The notes under the pieces are model-generated. The model did not search any database, was not told where the DNA came from, and was given only the letters and a program-made list of their open reading frames with translations. A stretch of DNA of 60,958 nucleotides, the filler included. It is 4 parts of 4 records of this genome, joined end to end, with 100 filler letters (N's around TTAATTAATTAA, not from the genome) between each part and the next. Parts side by side here need not be neighbours in the genome. Positions count along the whole stretch, not along the records: positions 40,608 to 54,359 come from SRR31156797_2308; positions 54,460 to 60,958 come from SRR31156797_2325; 2 more parts are not named here. One strand, given 5' to 3'. Positions 52,034 through 60,209 of the stretch are shown piece by piece (within the stretch, counting starts at the first letter, position 1; each line of letters begins with the position of its first letter). The position numbers and the translations under genes are program-made.

Positions 52034-52833
52034 GCTGTATGGACGGAATCAAAGTCGAAGGAGTGAGTTTCTCCTATGCTAATGGTTTCAAGGCTGTAGA
52101 CAATGTCAGTCTGGAAGTGAAAGGCGGTGAGAAGCTGGCCATTATAGGACAAAACGGGGCGGGGAAGACGACCCTGGTAAAGATGTTTAACGGTCTGCTG
52201 CGCCCGGAATCCGGCCGTATCACCGTAGATGGCGAGGATATCTCGGAGAAGACGGTGGCTCAGATCTCCAGGAATGTGGGTTATGTGTTTCAGAATCCCG
52301 GGGATCAGATTTTCAATCCCACGGTCTTTGATGAGATCGCCTATTCTCCTCGTTATTCCAAGGTCCCGGAGGCGGAGGTCCGGCAGAAGGTGGAGGACGC
52401 TGCCCGCCTCTGTGCTATCGAGGAGTATCTGAAACTCAATCCCTACGACCTTCCTTTTTCTTTAAGAAAGTTTGTCACCATAGCCTCTGTGATCGTGATG
52501 GAGCCCCGCTATATCGTTCTTGATGAACCTACCGCCGGGCAGGATTTATTCGGCCTGAAACAGCAGACCATGATCATCGATGAGCTTATCCACCGGGGAA
52601 AGACGGTAATCACCATTACCCATGATATGGAGTTTGTTGCCGATAATTTCAGCCGTGTGATCGTTATGGCGAATAAAAAGATTGTGGCCGACAACAGCTG
52701 CCGCCGTATCTTCTGGGATCATGATACTTTGCAAAAGGGCTCTATCAAACAGATCAATATCTCCGCCCTGGCCGGGGAGATCGGGATGGAAAATAATGTG
52801 ATCAGTATCGATGAGTTTATCCGTGAGTTCTAA
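52030..52833 (+). CDS. ecfA2: ECF transporter ATPase A2 with degenerate signature
   Basis: GQNGAGKTT, FQNP, LPFSLRK in place of LSGGQ, and DEPTAGQD. Confidence 0.88.
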   Translation: MSCMDGIKVEGVSFSYANGFKAVDNVSLEVKGGEKLAIIGQNGAGKTTLVKMFNGLLRPESGRITVDGEDISEKTVAQISRNVGYVFQNPGDQIFNPTVFDEIAYSPRYSKVPEAEVRQKVEDAARLCAIEEYLKLNPYDLPFSLRKFVTIASVIVMEPRYIVLDEPTAGQDLFGLKQQTMIIDELIHRGKTVITITHDMEFVADNFSRVIVMANKKIVADNSCRRIFWDHDTLQKGSIKQINISALAGEIGMENNVISIDEFIREF

Positions 52834-54028
52834 GGGTATCGGAGCCGGGGGGAGCCGAAAGACTGGCTGGATCATGGTTTTGCTGATGGGGATGGTGTTC
52901 CTGATCAACTTCGAGTTCAGTCTGGTTATGGCTCTGGGGCCCCGTCTGGCAATTACATACGGAATTGAGGGATCTCGCATTACTTATCTGTTCATCGGTT
53001 TCTCTCTGACAGGGATCTTCGCCCCCTTTCTAGGCTTTTTCGCTGATAAATTCGGCATTAAGAGGCTGGTCGTGGTAGCTCTGGGGATCTTTGCCGCTGG
53101 TTCTTTCATCGTCAGTTCAGTTCCTTCCGTCTTCGGTTATATTATCGGACGTTCCCTGATGGGGGCGGGGTACTTTTCTCTTCAGAGTCTGACCATCTCT
53201 TATATGAGTCTGGTGGTCGATTACAGCCGTCTGGGCTCTGTCTCAGGGCTCCATCGCTTTGCTGTAGCCGGAGCTTTTTTTGCTTCTCCTCTTCTGGGAA
53301 GCTGGCTGGCGTTACACTACAGTATCGCCGTAATCTATTTCATATTGGGGATCTGTGCTCTGACCCTGATGCTCATATCTTTCAGACTTCCGGATGTGGA
53401 GAACAGCCGCGAGATGAGCCTTGATAACGTGAAAAACATCTTCCGCAACAGGAACGCCGTCTTTATGATCTTGGGAACCGCCGCCCTGTCGATCCCCTCT
53501 GTCTATCTTTATAACTACCTAAGCATTTCTCTGAGTTCTGCCTCTTACAGCCAGTATTTTATTGGCGCACTGTATACGATAATTGCCGCCGGTGCCCTGA
53601 TGGCCGGTGCCGTGATCATGCTCTTCAGCGACCGGCTCGGCAAGACCAACACTGTTTTGACGGGTATCCTCTTCTCCATTGCTGCCGTGGTTCTGATGCT
53701 CTTTCAGGGACGATCGATACTGATCGTCAGTGCCCTGGTCCTGGGGTTAGGCTATGATACGGCCTGGGGGCTTTTCTTTCCTATCTGTTCACGCTTGTTC
53801 CGCGTAGGACGGTCTACCTATCTGACTATCCTTAGTCTGACCATCGGACTGACCAATGTGTTTTCTAATGTGACAGCACCGACTGTCTATCGTTCCGGCG
53901 GATTTTTCTCGAATATGATAATTTGTATTCTGGCCCTGGCCTTGACTCTGGTTTTGGTTATCAGGGTGGAACGGAATCTGGGTTGTGAAAAAGATATTGC
54001 TGCAGAGGCTACCAGATCCTGGTTGTAA
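52811..54028 (+). CDS. MFS transporter
   Basis: About 12 TM; motif A GFFADKFGIKR and SDRLGKT; exact start uncertain (52811-52874). Confidence 0.85.
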   Translation: MSLSVSSKGIGAGGSRKTGWIMVLLMGMVFLINFEFSLVMALGPRLAITYGIEGSRITYLFIGFSLTGIFAPFLGFFADKFGIKRLVVVALGIFAAGSFIVSSVPSVFGYIIGRSLMGAGYFSLQSLTISYMSLVVDYSRLGSVSGLHRFAVAGAFFASPLLGSWLALHYSIAVIYFILGICALTLMLISFRLPDVENSREMSLDNVKNIFRNRNAVFMILGTAALSIPSVYLYNYLSISLSSASYSQYFIGALYTIIAAGALMAGAVIMLFSDRLGKTNTVLTGILFSIAAVVLMLFQGRSILIVSALVLGLGYDTAWGLFFPICSRLFRVGRSTYLTILSLTIGLTNVFSNVTAPTVYRSGGFFSNMIICILALALTLVLVIRVERNLGCEKDIAAEATRSWL

Positions 54029-54031
54029 ACA

Positions 54032-54240
54032 GTGGTTGCATCTCCCGAGATCATCCTTAGCTATGCTGTGAAGCAACCCTGTTATCGCCCATGCGTCCGC
54101 AGGATGGTCACACGCCTTGGGTGTGCGGCTCTCTCCTGCGTCAGCGATAGGAGGGGCGCCAAGCGGTCTTGCCGTACCCGGCAAGACGGAACCCCCGCAA
54201 AGCGCGTCCCCTGTCAGGGCTCTGACAGGGGAGACGCCCG
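54032..54240. other. Highly structured intergenic element (candidate ncRNA or repeat)
   Basis: Several nested or perfect stems; see findings. Confidence 0.5.
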
Positions 54241-54317
54241 AATCCTTCATCCCAACAAAAGGCCTTAAAGCTGGACCCTTACCCGGGCTTTCCGCTATAA
54301 TTGCAGCGGTAACAATT

Positions 54318-54359
54318 ATGAGTAAATACCCCTTTTCAGCTATAGTCGGCCAGGAGGCC
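54318..54359 (+). CDS. Start of a ChlI/BchI-type chelatase AAA+ subunit (fragment)
   Basis: MSKYPFSAIVGQEA; TATAAT at 54296-54301; cut by the contig edge. Confidence 0.75.
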
Positions 54360-54459
54360 NNNNNNNNNNNNNNNNNNNNNNNNNNNNNNNNNNNNNNNNN
54401 NNNTTAATTAATTAANNNNNNNNNNNNNNNNNNNNNNNNNNNNNNNNNNNNNNNNNNNN
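54360..54459. other. Artificial contig linker
   Basis: N44-TTAATTAATTAA-N44. Confidence 0.97.
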
Positions 54460-54504
54460 CTAATGCAGCGGAAGTTGTATGAGATGATCAAGGGTGAACT
54501 GTGA
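54460..54504 (+). CDS. C-terminal fragment of an unidentified upstream gene
   Basis: Open frame from the contig edge: LMQRKLYEMIKGEL-stop. Confidence 0.4.
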   Translation, partial: LMQRKLYEMIKGEL

Positions 54505-54673
54505 TCGCCCTGGTGGGGCGCGCATCCCACATACGGTGTCACTGCTGCCAGGGCAGGCTCACCTCCAGGCTCGCGACTTTCCTGACGTTGGAACGGCCAT
54601 CATCATGGCAGCACTCGCCCATCTTTCATACAACCCTGGGCGGTAAAACAGAACGCATTCGTTTTTCCATTTC

Positions 54674-54771
54674 CCGGCGGAGAACCCCGGCTTCCCAACG
54701 AAGTCGGTGGCCCGCCGGTTGTTTCCGCGCGGCCACCGGCGGCATTGCCACAACCGGCACCGGATGCGCGG
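54674..54771 (+). promoter_or_regulatory. Structured 5' leader of the capsid gene
   Basis: Two hairpins sharing an ANAA-CC/GG-C internal loop, about 30 nt upstream of the AAGGAG RBS. Confidence 0.55.
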
Positions 54772-54813
54772 CCGAACGTAACAATTTCAATCCTAGACAA
54801 AGGAGAATGATGC

Positions 54814-55635
54814 ATGTCGACGGATGTCCATGAATCATTCGTCAAGCACTTCCAGGCCGAGGTTCATCTGCAATACCAGCAGATGGGATCGAAGCTGCGC
54901 AACACCGTGCGCACCAAGGACGGCATTGTCGGATCCTCGACGACCTTCCAGAAGGTCGGCAAGGGCACGGCGAGCACCAAGGCGCGCCACGGCAAGGTGC
55001 CGGTGATGAATGTCGACCACGAGCCGGTGGAATGCCAGCTCTACGACTATTACGCCGGAGACTGGGTGGACAAGCTTGACGAGTTGAAGACCAACATCAA
55101 CGAACAGCAGGTGGTTGCCAAGGCCGGGGCCTATGCGCTCGGCCGCAAGACCGACGAACTGATCGTTACCGAGTTGGAGACGAGCACCAACGACGCGGGC
55201 ACCGGAGCCGACGGCCTGACCAAGGCCAAGGTTCTGACCGCGTTCGAGATGCTCGGCGAGGCCGATGTTCCGGACGACGGCGACCGTTTCGCCATTGTCG
55301 GCTGGAAACAGTGGAGCGACCTTCTGGATATTCAGGAGTTCGCCAATGCCGATTACATTGGCGACGATCAGTTGCCGTGGAAGGGCACCCAGGCCAAGCG
55401 TTGGCTGGGCGCTCTGTGGATGCCGCATTCCGGCCTAATCAAGGACGGCAGCAACATCCGAAACTGCTACTGGTATCACAAGACGGCGGTCGGCCACGCG
55501 GTGGCGTCGGACGTGAAGACCGACATTTCCTGGCATGGCGATCGCGCCGCTCACTTTGTCAACAACATGATGAGCCAGGGCGCAAAAGCGGTCGATCCGA
55601 CCGGCATCGTGTGCATGCCCTGTCTTGAGACCTAG
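54814..55635 (+). CDS. Phage major capsid protein (small BPP-1/HTVC010P-like type)
   Basis: FVKHFQAEVHLQYQQMGSKLRNTV, AYALGRKTDELI, DVPDDGDR and MSQGAKAVD; AAGGAG RBS at 54800. Confidence 0.88.
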   Translation: MSTDVHESFVKHFQAEVHLQYQQMGSKLRNTVRTKDGIVGSSTTFQKVGKGTASTKARHGKVPVMNVDHEPVECQLYDYYAGDWVDKLDELKTNINEQQVVAKAGAYALGRKTDELIVTELETSTNDAGTGADGLTKAKVLTAFEMLGEADVPDDGDRFAIVGWKQWSDLLDIQEFANADYIGDDQLPWKGTQAKRWLGALWMPHSGLIKDGSNIRNCYWYHKTAVGHAVASDVKTDISWHGDRAAHFVNNMMSQGAKAVDPTGIVCMPCLET

Positions 55636-55646
55636 GAGGGCGGACA

Positions 55647-55916
55647 ATGCCATATCAATCGAAAGATCTGAGTGTGTTGGCCTATGCCAACGGTTTCACC
55701 CTTTGGCATTACACGACCGTGGATACGGCGGCTACGGTTGATACCGCCGGATATTTCAATAGTGCCAGTGACATGGTGCGGGTCGGTGACATGATCTTCG
55801 CCAACGTCGACACCGGCGGTACGCCTGGCGCCGGTATCTTTCTGGTGAACGCGAATGCGGCCGGTGTCGTCGACGTGGCCGATATCACCAGCATCGGTGC
55901 CGCCGATACCGACTGA
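55647..55916 (+). CDS. Probable capsid decoration/cement protein
   Basis: 89 aa directly after the capsid gene; LSVLAYANGFTLWHY...VDTAGYFN...VGDMI; GGAGGG RBS. Confidence 0.7.
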   Translation: MPYQSKDLSVLAYANGFTLWHYTTVDTAATVDTAGYFNSASDMVRVGDMIFANVDTGGTPGAGIFLVNANAAGVVDVADITSIGAADTD

Positions 55917-55959
55917 CGGCCGTTGAGTTCCAACGGCACCGTATTCTCCGTATTGCAAA

Positions 55960-55989
55960 GCCCCGCAGGTGAAAAAAAGCCTGCGGGGC
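55960..55989 (+). terminator. GC hairpin closing the head-gene transcript
   Basis: GCCCCGCAGG-N10-CCTGCGGGGC; no clean U-tract. Confidence 0.55.
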
Positions 55990-56084
55990 ACGCTATAAAT
56001 TAATTATTTCAATAGAATAATCAAATTTAACTATTTTTTGATTAATTTAATTCATTCCAAGATAAATTTCTCGGGAATGGCGAT

Positions 56085-56113
56085 AAAAATTAATCGGTAT
56101 TAAATTAATTTTT
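56085..56113. promoter_or_regulatory. Operator-like inverted repeat in the AT-rich head/tail spacer
   Basis: AAAAATTAAT-N9-ATTAATTTTT. Confidence 0.55.
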
Positions 56114-56174
56114 CCCCTCAAAGCTTGGGGCATGTGATCAGCCTTCACGGCATCGTCCAATATCAAGGAGAGAA

Positions 56175-56747
56175 ATGATGGCGCTAAGCAGCATTGCGCT
56201 TTGTTCGCGCGCGCTACTCAAAATTGGCGGAGAGACCATTACATCCTTCGACGAAGGTACCGCTGAAGCCGAGATCGCAGCCAATCTGTATCCAACCATC
56301 CGGGATGCGGTTTTATCGTTGCATCCTTGGAATTTCGCAACCGGGCAGGCAGTCCTGGCGAGGCTGACCGCGGAGCCGGTGGCGGACTATCTGTACGCAT
56401 ACCAGCTTCCCAGTGACACTCTTCGGGCAATCTCCGCCGGGAGTGATGGGCAGGGGCATGGAATCAGGTACAGAATTGCCGAAGGCCGATTGCACGCGGA
56501 TTCGACCGAAGTTGTTCTGACTTACATTTATAGACCGGCGGAAGAAGATTTTCCGCATTTCTTCGATCTGGCGCTGATTTCACGTTTGGCCAGCGAGTTC
56601 TGCATCCCGTTGACGGGAAGCACCAGCCGGGCCGAGACCTTGGGACGGATAGCCGATTCCGAGTTGCGCCGTGCCAAGTTGATTGATGCGCAACAGGAAA
56701 CACCCAATCGGATTGAAGACTTTACCTTAGTCGACGCGAGGAAGTGA
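56175..56747 (+). CDS. Tail tubular protein A / head-tail adaptor (T7 gp11-like)
   Basis: LCSRALLKIG, HPWNFA, YAYQLPSD and ALISRLASE; AAGGAG RBS. Confidence 0.82.
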   Translation: MMALSSIALCSRALLKIGGETITSFDEGTAEAEIAANLYPTIRDAVLSLHPWNFATGQAVLARLTAEPVADYLYAYQLPSDTLRAISAGSDGQGHGIRYRIAEGRLHADSTEVVLTYIYRPAEEDFPHFFDLALISRLASEFCIPLTGSTSRAETLGRIADSELRRAKLIDAQQETPNRIEDFTLVDARK

Positions 56748-58654
56748 TGCCTCACATACGTACCCAAAAGTCGAGCTTTTCGGGCGGCGAGGTTTCGCCC
56801 CTATTGCTGGGTCGAGGCGATCTGTCGGCCTACAGCAACGGGGCAATGAGATTGCGAAATGTCTTCGTACATCCGACAGGTGCCGTTTCGCGACGTGCTG
56901 GTCTGCGGTTTTTCGCGACGGCACAGGGGGCGGGACGGCTGGTCGCTTTCGAATTCAATACGGAGCAGGCCTATCTTCTGGCATTCAGCAACGAACAGGT
57001 CGATTTCTATCCGGATCCTGATTCCGAAACCCATCACGCATTGGCGACACCTTGGACCGCCGAGCAGATCGGACAGATTAACTGGACGCAGAGCGCCGAC
57101 ACGCTATTGGTCGTTCACCCCGATGTTCCCCCGAAAAAAGTCACCCGGAAGGACGACGGTACCTGGGAGATCGTCGATTGGTCCTTTTACGAGAAGGACG
57201 GAAAGATCTTTCAGCCCTATCATAAATTTGCCGACGACGAAGTAACGCTGACACCGAGCGGGACATCCGGCAACGTCACCATCACCGCGTCCGTCGACAT
57301 GTTCGATAGCCAACATGTCAACACGCGGTTCCGCATCCAAAAAAAAGAGGTCGAAATCACGGGGTTCACGTCGGCGACGCAGGTTTCCGCCACCACCAAG
57401 GAAAACCTCTCGTCCACAAGCGCCACCAAGGATTGGGAGGAGCAAGCCTTTTCCGATGTTCGCGGATGGCCGGTTTCCGTGACGTTCCATCAGGATCGCC
57501 TGGTGATCGGCGGATCTCGCGATTTACCAAATCGGCTCTGGCTGTCCAAATCGGCCGATCTTTTCAATTTCGATTTGGGTGAAGGGCTGGACGACGAGGC
57601 TATCGATTTCGCCATCCTGTCGGATCAGGTCAATGCGGTACGCGCCGTTTTTTCCGGTCGGCATTTGCAGGTTTTTACGTCGGGTGCCGAATGGATGGTC
57701 ACGGGGAACCCCCTTACCCCCGGCAATGTACAACTGAACCGTCAGACCCGAGTTGGGTCGCCGGTGGGCAGGACCGTGCCGCCGCGGGACGTCGACGGTG
57801 CAACCCTGTTTATTTCCAGAAACGGATCCGAGCTTCGCGAGTTTTTGTTTGCAGACATCGAGCAGGCCTATCAGGCTGCCGATCTGACCATGCTGGCGCG
57901 CCATATAGTCAACTCGCCGAGGGACATGGATTTCGACCCCCGCAAACGACTTATGCACTTGGTGATGGCCGACGGGACGATCGGTACCGTTACCGTCTAT
58001 CGAGCCGAGGAAGTGACCGCTTGGACCATACAGGAAACGCAGGGATATTTTCGGTCCGTCGCGGTGGTTGGCGATGAAACCTATGTGCTTGTCGAGCGCG
58101 ACAGCAGCTTCTTCATCGAAGTCTTCGACGATGTACTAAACGTCGACTCCGGACTTGATGGGTCGAGCGGCACCCCGCAAGACGAGTGGTCGGGACTGGA
58201 CCATATCGAAGGTCAATCGGTAAAGGTTCTGGCCGATGGCGCGGTGCGGGCGGACGCGCAGGTTGTTGGAGGAAAGCTAACACTGGATCCACCCGCTTCG
58301 TCGGTACAGATCGGGTTGGGGTTTACACACATTATCGAACCCCTGCCGTCCGCCCCGCTGGACGTCGGTGGAGCTAGCCAAGGCGGCAAAACCCGGCATA
58401 TTCAATCGACTTTCCGCCTTCACCATACCTCGGCGCTTAGCCTCGACACGGGACGCGGATTGGCGGAAATCCCCTTCAAGCGTTTCGGTGACGACACCCT
58501 TGATTCTCCACCGCCGGTGTTCACCGGCGACAAGACAGTCAGGGCATTCGGTTGGAAGACCTCCGGAACGGATCCCCTTTGGCGGATCGAACAGGATACG
58601 CCTTTGCCGTTTACGCTTCTTTCCGTCAGTACGGAAATCAGCGCCAACGACTGA
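56747..58654 (+). CDS. Tail tubular protein B / nozzle (T7 gp12, P22 gp10-like)
   Basis: SFSGGEVSP, GAVSRRAG, WTQSAD, GWPVSVTFHQDRL and C-terminal QDTPLPFTLLSV; TGATG overlap (ATG 56747, or GTG 56744). Confidence 0.87.
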   Translation: MPHIRTQKSSFSGGEVSPLLLGRGDLSAYSNGAMRLRNVFVHPTGAVSRRAGLRFFATAQGAGRLVAFEFNTEQAYLLAFSNEQVDFYPDPDSETHHALATPWTAEQIGQINWTQSADTLLVVHPDVPPKKVTRKDDGTWEIVDWSFYEKDGKIFQPYHKFADDEVTLTPSGTSGNVTITASVDMFDSQHVNTRFRIQKKEVEITGFTSATQVSATTKENLSSTSATKDWEEQAFSDVRGWPVSVTFHQDRLVIGGSRDLPNRLWLSKSADLFNFDLGEGLDDEAIDFAILSDQVNAVRAVFSGRHLQVFTSGAEWMVTGNPLTPGNVQLNRQTRVGSPVGRTVPPRDVDGATLFISRNGSELREFLFADIEQAYQAADLTMLARHIVNSPRDMDFDPRKRLMHLVMADGTIGTVTVYRAEEVTAWTIQETQGYFRSVAVVGDETYVLVERDSSFFIEVFDDVLNVDSGLDGSSGTPQDEWSGLDHIEGQSVKVLADGAVRADAQVVGGKLTLDPPASSVQIGLGFTHIIEPLPSAPLDVGGASQGGKTRHIQSTFRLHHTSALSLDTGRGLAEIPFKRFGDDTLDSPPPVFTGDKTVRAFGWKTSGTDPLWRIEQDTPLPFTLLSVSTEISAND

Positions 58655-58813
58655 GATCCGATCATGCCGTTCAGTCACGTCCTTTGGGACCGGCAACAGC
58701 GGATTCGACCGTAATAAAGTTCCCTATGAATCGATCACCTCTTTGGCCTGTTCCAATCAGGAACTGTTGGCGGCGGCCTCTGCCTGAAGACAATTTTTTA
58801 AGGAGATCAAAAG

Positions 58814-59257
58814 ATGGCTGGGATCGATCCCATTTCACTTGTTTCTTCGGTGCTGATGTTTCAGCAGCAGCGTCAACGGGAGAAGGCACAGGCAGCCGTG
58901 GCGGAAGCGGAGGCCGCTTCACAAACTCGGCGGATCAAGGTCGAGCAAGATAACCAGGAACGTCGGCAACGGGATCGCCTGAAAAAGGCATTGGCGACTC
59001 AACGCGCCCGTTATGGAGCATCGGGTATTGGCGGCGTTGGCGGTTCGAGCAGGGCTCTGCTCCAAGGGTTTGTCGACGAGACCGAAGAAGGTATCGAAGA
59101 CATGCGCAAATCCAACCAAATTCGCATCGACGATATCTATCGCAACCTCGGTTCCCGCCGCCGCAAAAGCCTTCTCGAAAAAAGAAGCGCTGCTACGGGT
59201 TTGGCGACGGACCTTTGGCGCCAGGGGGCGAGAACGATCTCGCTTCTCGATCGTTAA
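58814..59257 (+). CDS. Small internal virion/ejection protein (gp14-like)
   Basis: Ala/Gln-rich helical sequence with ATQRARYGASGI motif; follows the nozzle gene; AAGGAG RBS. Confidence 0.62.
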   Translation: MAGIDPISLVSSVLMFQQQRQREKAQAAVAEAEAASQTRRIKVEQDNQERRQRDRLKKALATQRARYGASGIGGVGGSSRALLQGFVDETEEGIEDMRKSNQIRIDDIYRNLGSRRRKSLLEKRSAATGLATDLWRQGARTISLLDR

Positions 59258-59279
59258 CGGGAAGAAAGGAACTCATCAA

Positions 59280-60209
59280 ATGTCCGAACATATAAAGATC
59301 AGCGCCGAAAGACCCTGGGTGCAGGTATTCGGAGATGGAACGAAAACGGATTTTCTCTTCGATTTCCCGATCTTCAAAAATTCCGATCTAGAAGTGTACC
59401 TCGATGGTGTTATTCAAACCCTCGACAGCGACTATGAACTGGGGGAACAGGACGCTGGTAATTCCGATGGCGGTACCGTGAAATTCCTGAAAGGTGCCCC
59501 AGTCGCCGACATGGCCATTACCATGCGCCGGCGGCTGAAAATCCAGCGCACGACGGACTTTCAGGAATCGGGCGAATTCCGCGCCAAGGTAATCAATGAT
59601 GAGTTGGATTATCAAACTGCGGCGATCCAACAAATCGCTGACGATGTAACGCGGACGTTGACACTGGCTCCGACCGACCCGGACGCGTCGCTGTCGCTTC
59701 CGGAAAAATCCGAGCGGGCGGAAAAATTCCTTTGGTTCGACGCGGAAGGCAACTTGGTCATCGCGTCGGGCTTGGCGAGCGTCGCGGTCAGTGGCGTCAT
59801 GGCGCCGGTGGTTGCAGCGGCGACCCTTGAAGCGGCCCTCGAGGCACTTGATCCGGACATCCTGAAGGCAGATGAGCCGGGCACCCTGTCCGTCGGCATG
59901 GGCCAGGAGTGGCACGATCTTGAAAGCACTGGCGCTGGATCGATTACGCCGCTGATTGCCAATTCGAATCGGCAAAAAGGAACCGTCACCGGCAGCTTCA
60001 CCCTGAACGATCCGGAGGATTGCGACGGGTCCGTGACAATCAAATTCACCAACGATGGCGCCGGCCCGCACAGCCCGACCTTCTCCGGGTTTTCGCCGAC
60101 CTTGCTGCCGGGCTCAAAAGCCTGGGACGCCACCGACGACGCCATCAATTGGGTGGTCATTCAGCGCGAAGGCGGCACCAGCTATTACGGGATCTACAAC
60201 GATGCATGA
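59280..60209 (+). CDS. Short tail fibre/adaptor with T7 gp17-like N-terminal domain
   Basis: ATG 59280 after AAAGGA; GDGTKTDFLFDFPIF...DLEVYLDG...RTTDFQESGEFRAKVINDELD. Confidence 0.82.
   Translation: MSEHIKISAERPWVQVFGDGTKTDFLFDFPIFKNSDLEVYLDGVIQTLDSDYELGEQDAGNSDGGTVKFLKGAPVADMAITMRRRLKIQRTTDFQESGEFRAKVINDELDYQTAAIQQIADDVTRTLTLAPTDPDASLSLPEKSERAEKFLWFDAEGNLVIASGLASVAVSGVMAPVVAAATLEAALEALDPDILKADEPGTLSVGMGQEWHDLESTGAGSITPLIANSNRQKGTVTGSFTLNDPEDCDGSVTIKFTNDGAGPHSPTFSGFSPTLLPGSKAWDATDDAINWVVIQREGGTSYYGIYNDA

Noticed and set aside
54032-54317. Cobalamin riboswitch upstream of the chelatase-like gene; ORFs 54032-54268 and 54117-54407
   Set aside because: No B12-box or conserved GGGAA/ACTG core found, and the TATAAT lies downstream of the structure. 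The ORFs are motif-less apart from the real start at 54318
55633-55647. Capsid stop read-through or T7 10B-like frameshift into the decoration gene
   Set aside because: The downstream gene is in a different frame, has its own RBS, and no slippery sequence is evident
55995-56113. Canonical CtrA box TTAA-N7-TTAA
   Set aside because: The TTAA spacings I checked are 1, 6, 11 or more; there is no exact N7 pair
59013-59279. 89-aa N-terminal extension of the tail fibre in the ORF track
   Set aside because: It overlaps the upstream gene; the RBS and domain boundary support ATG 59280
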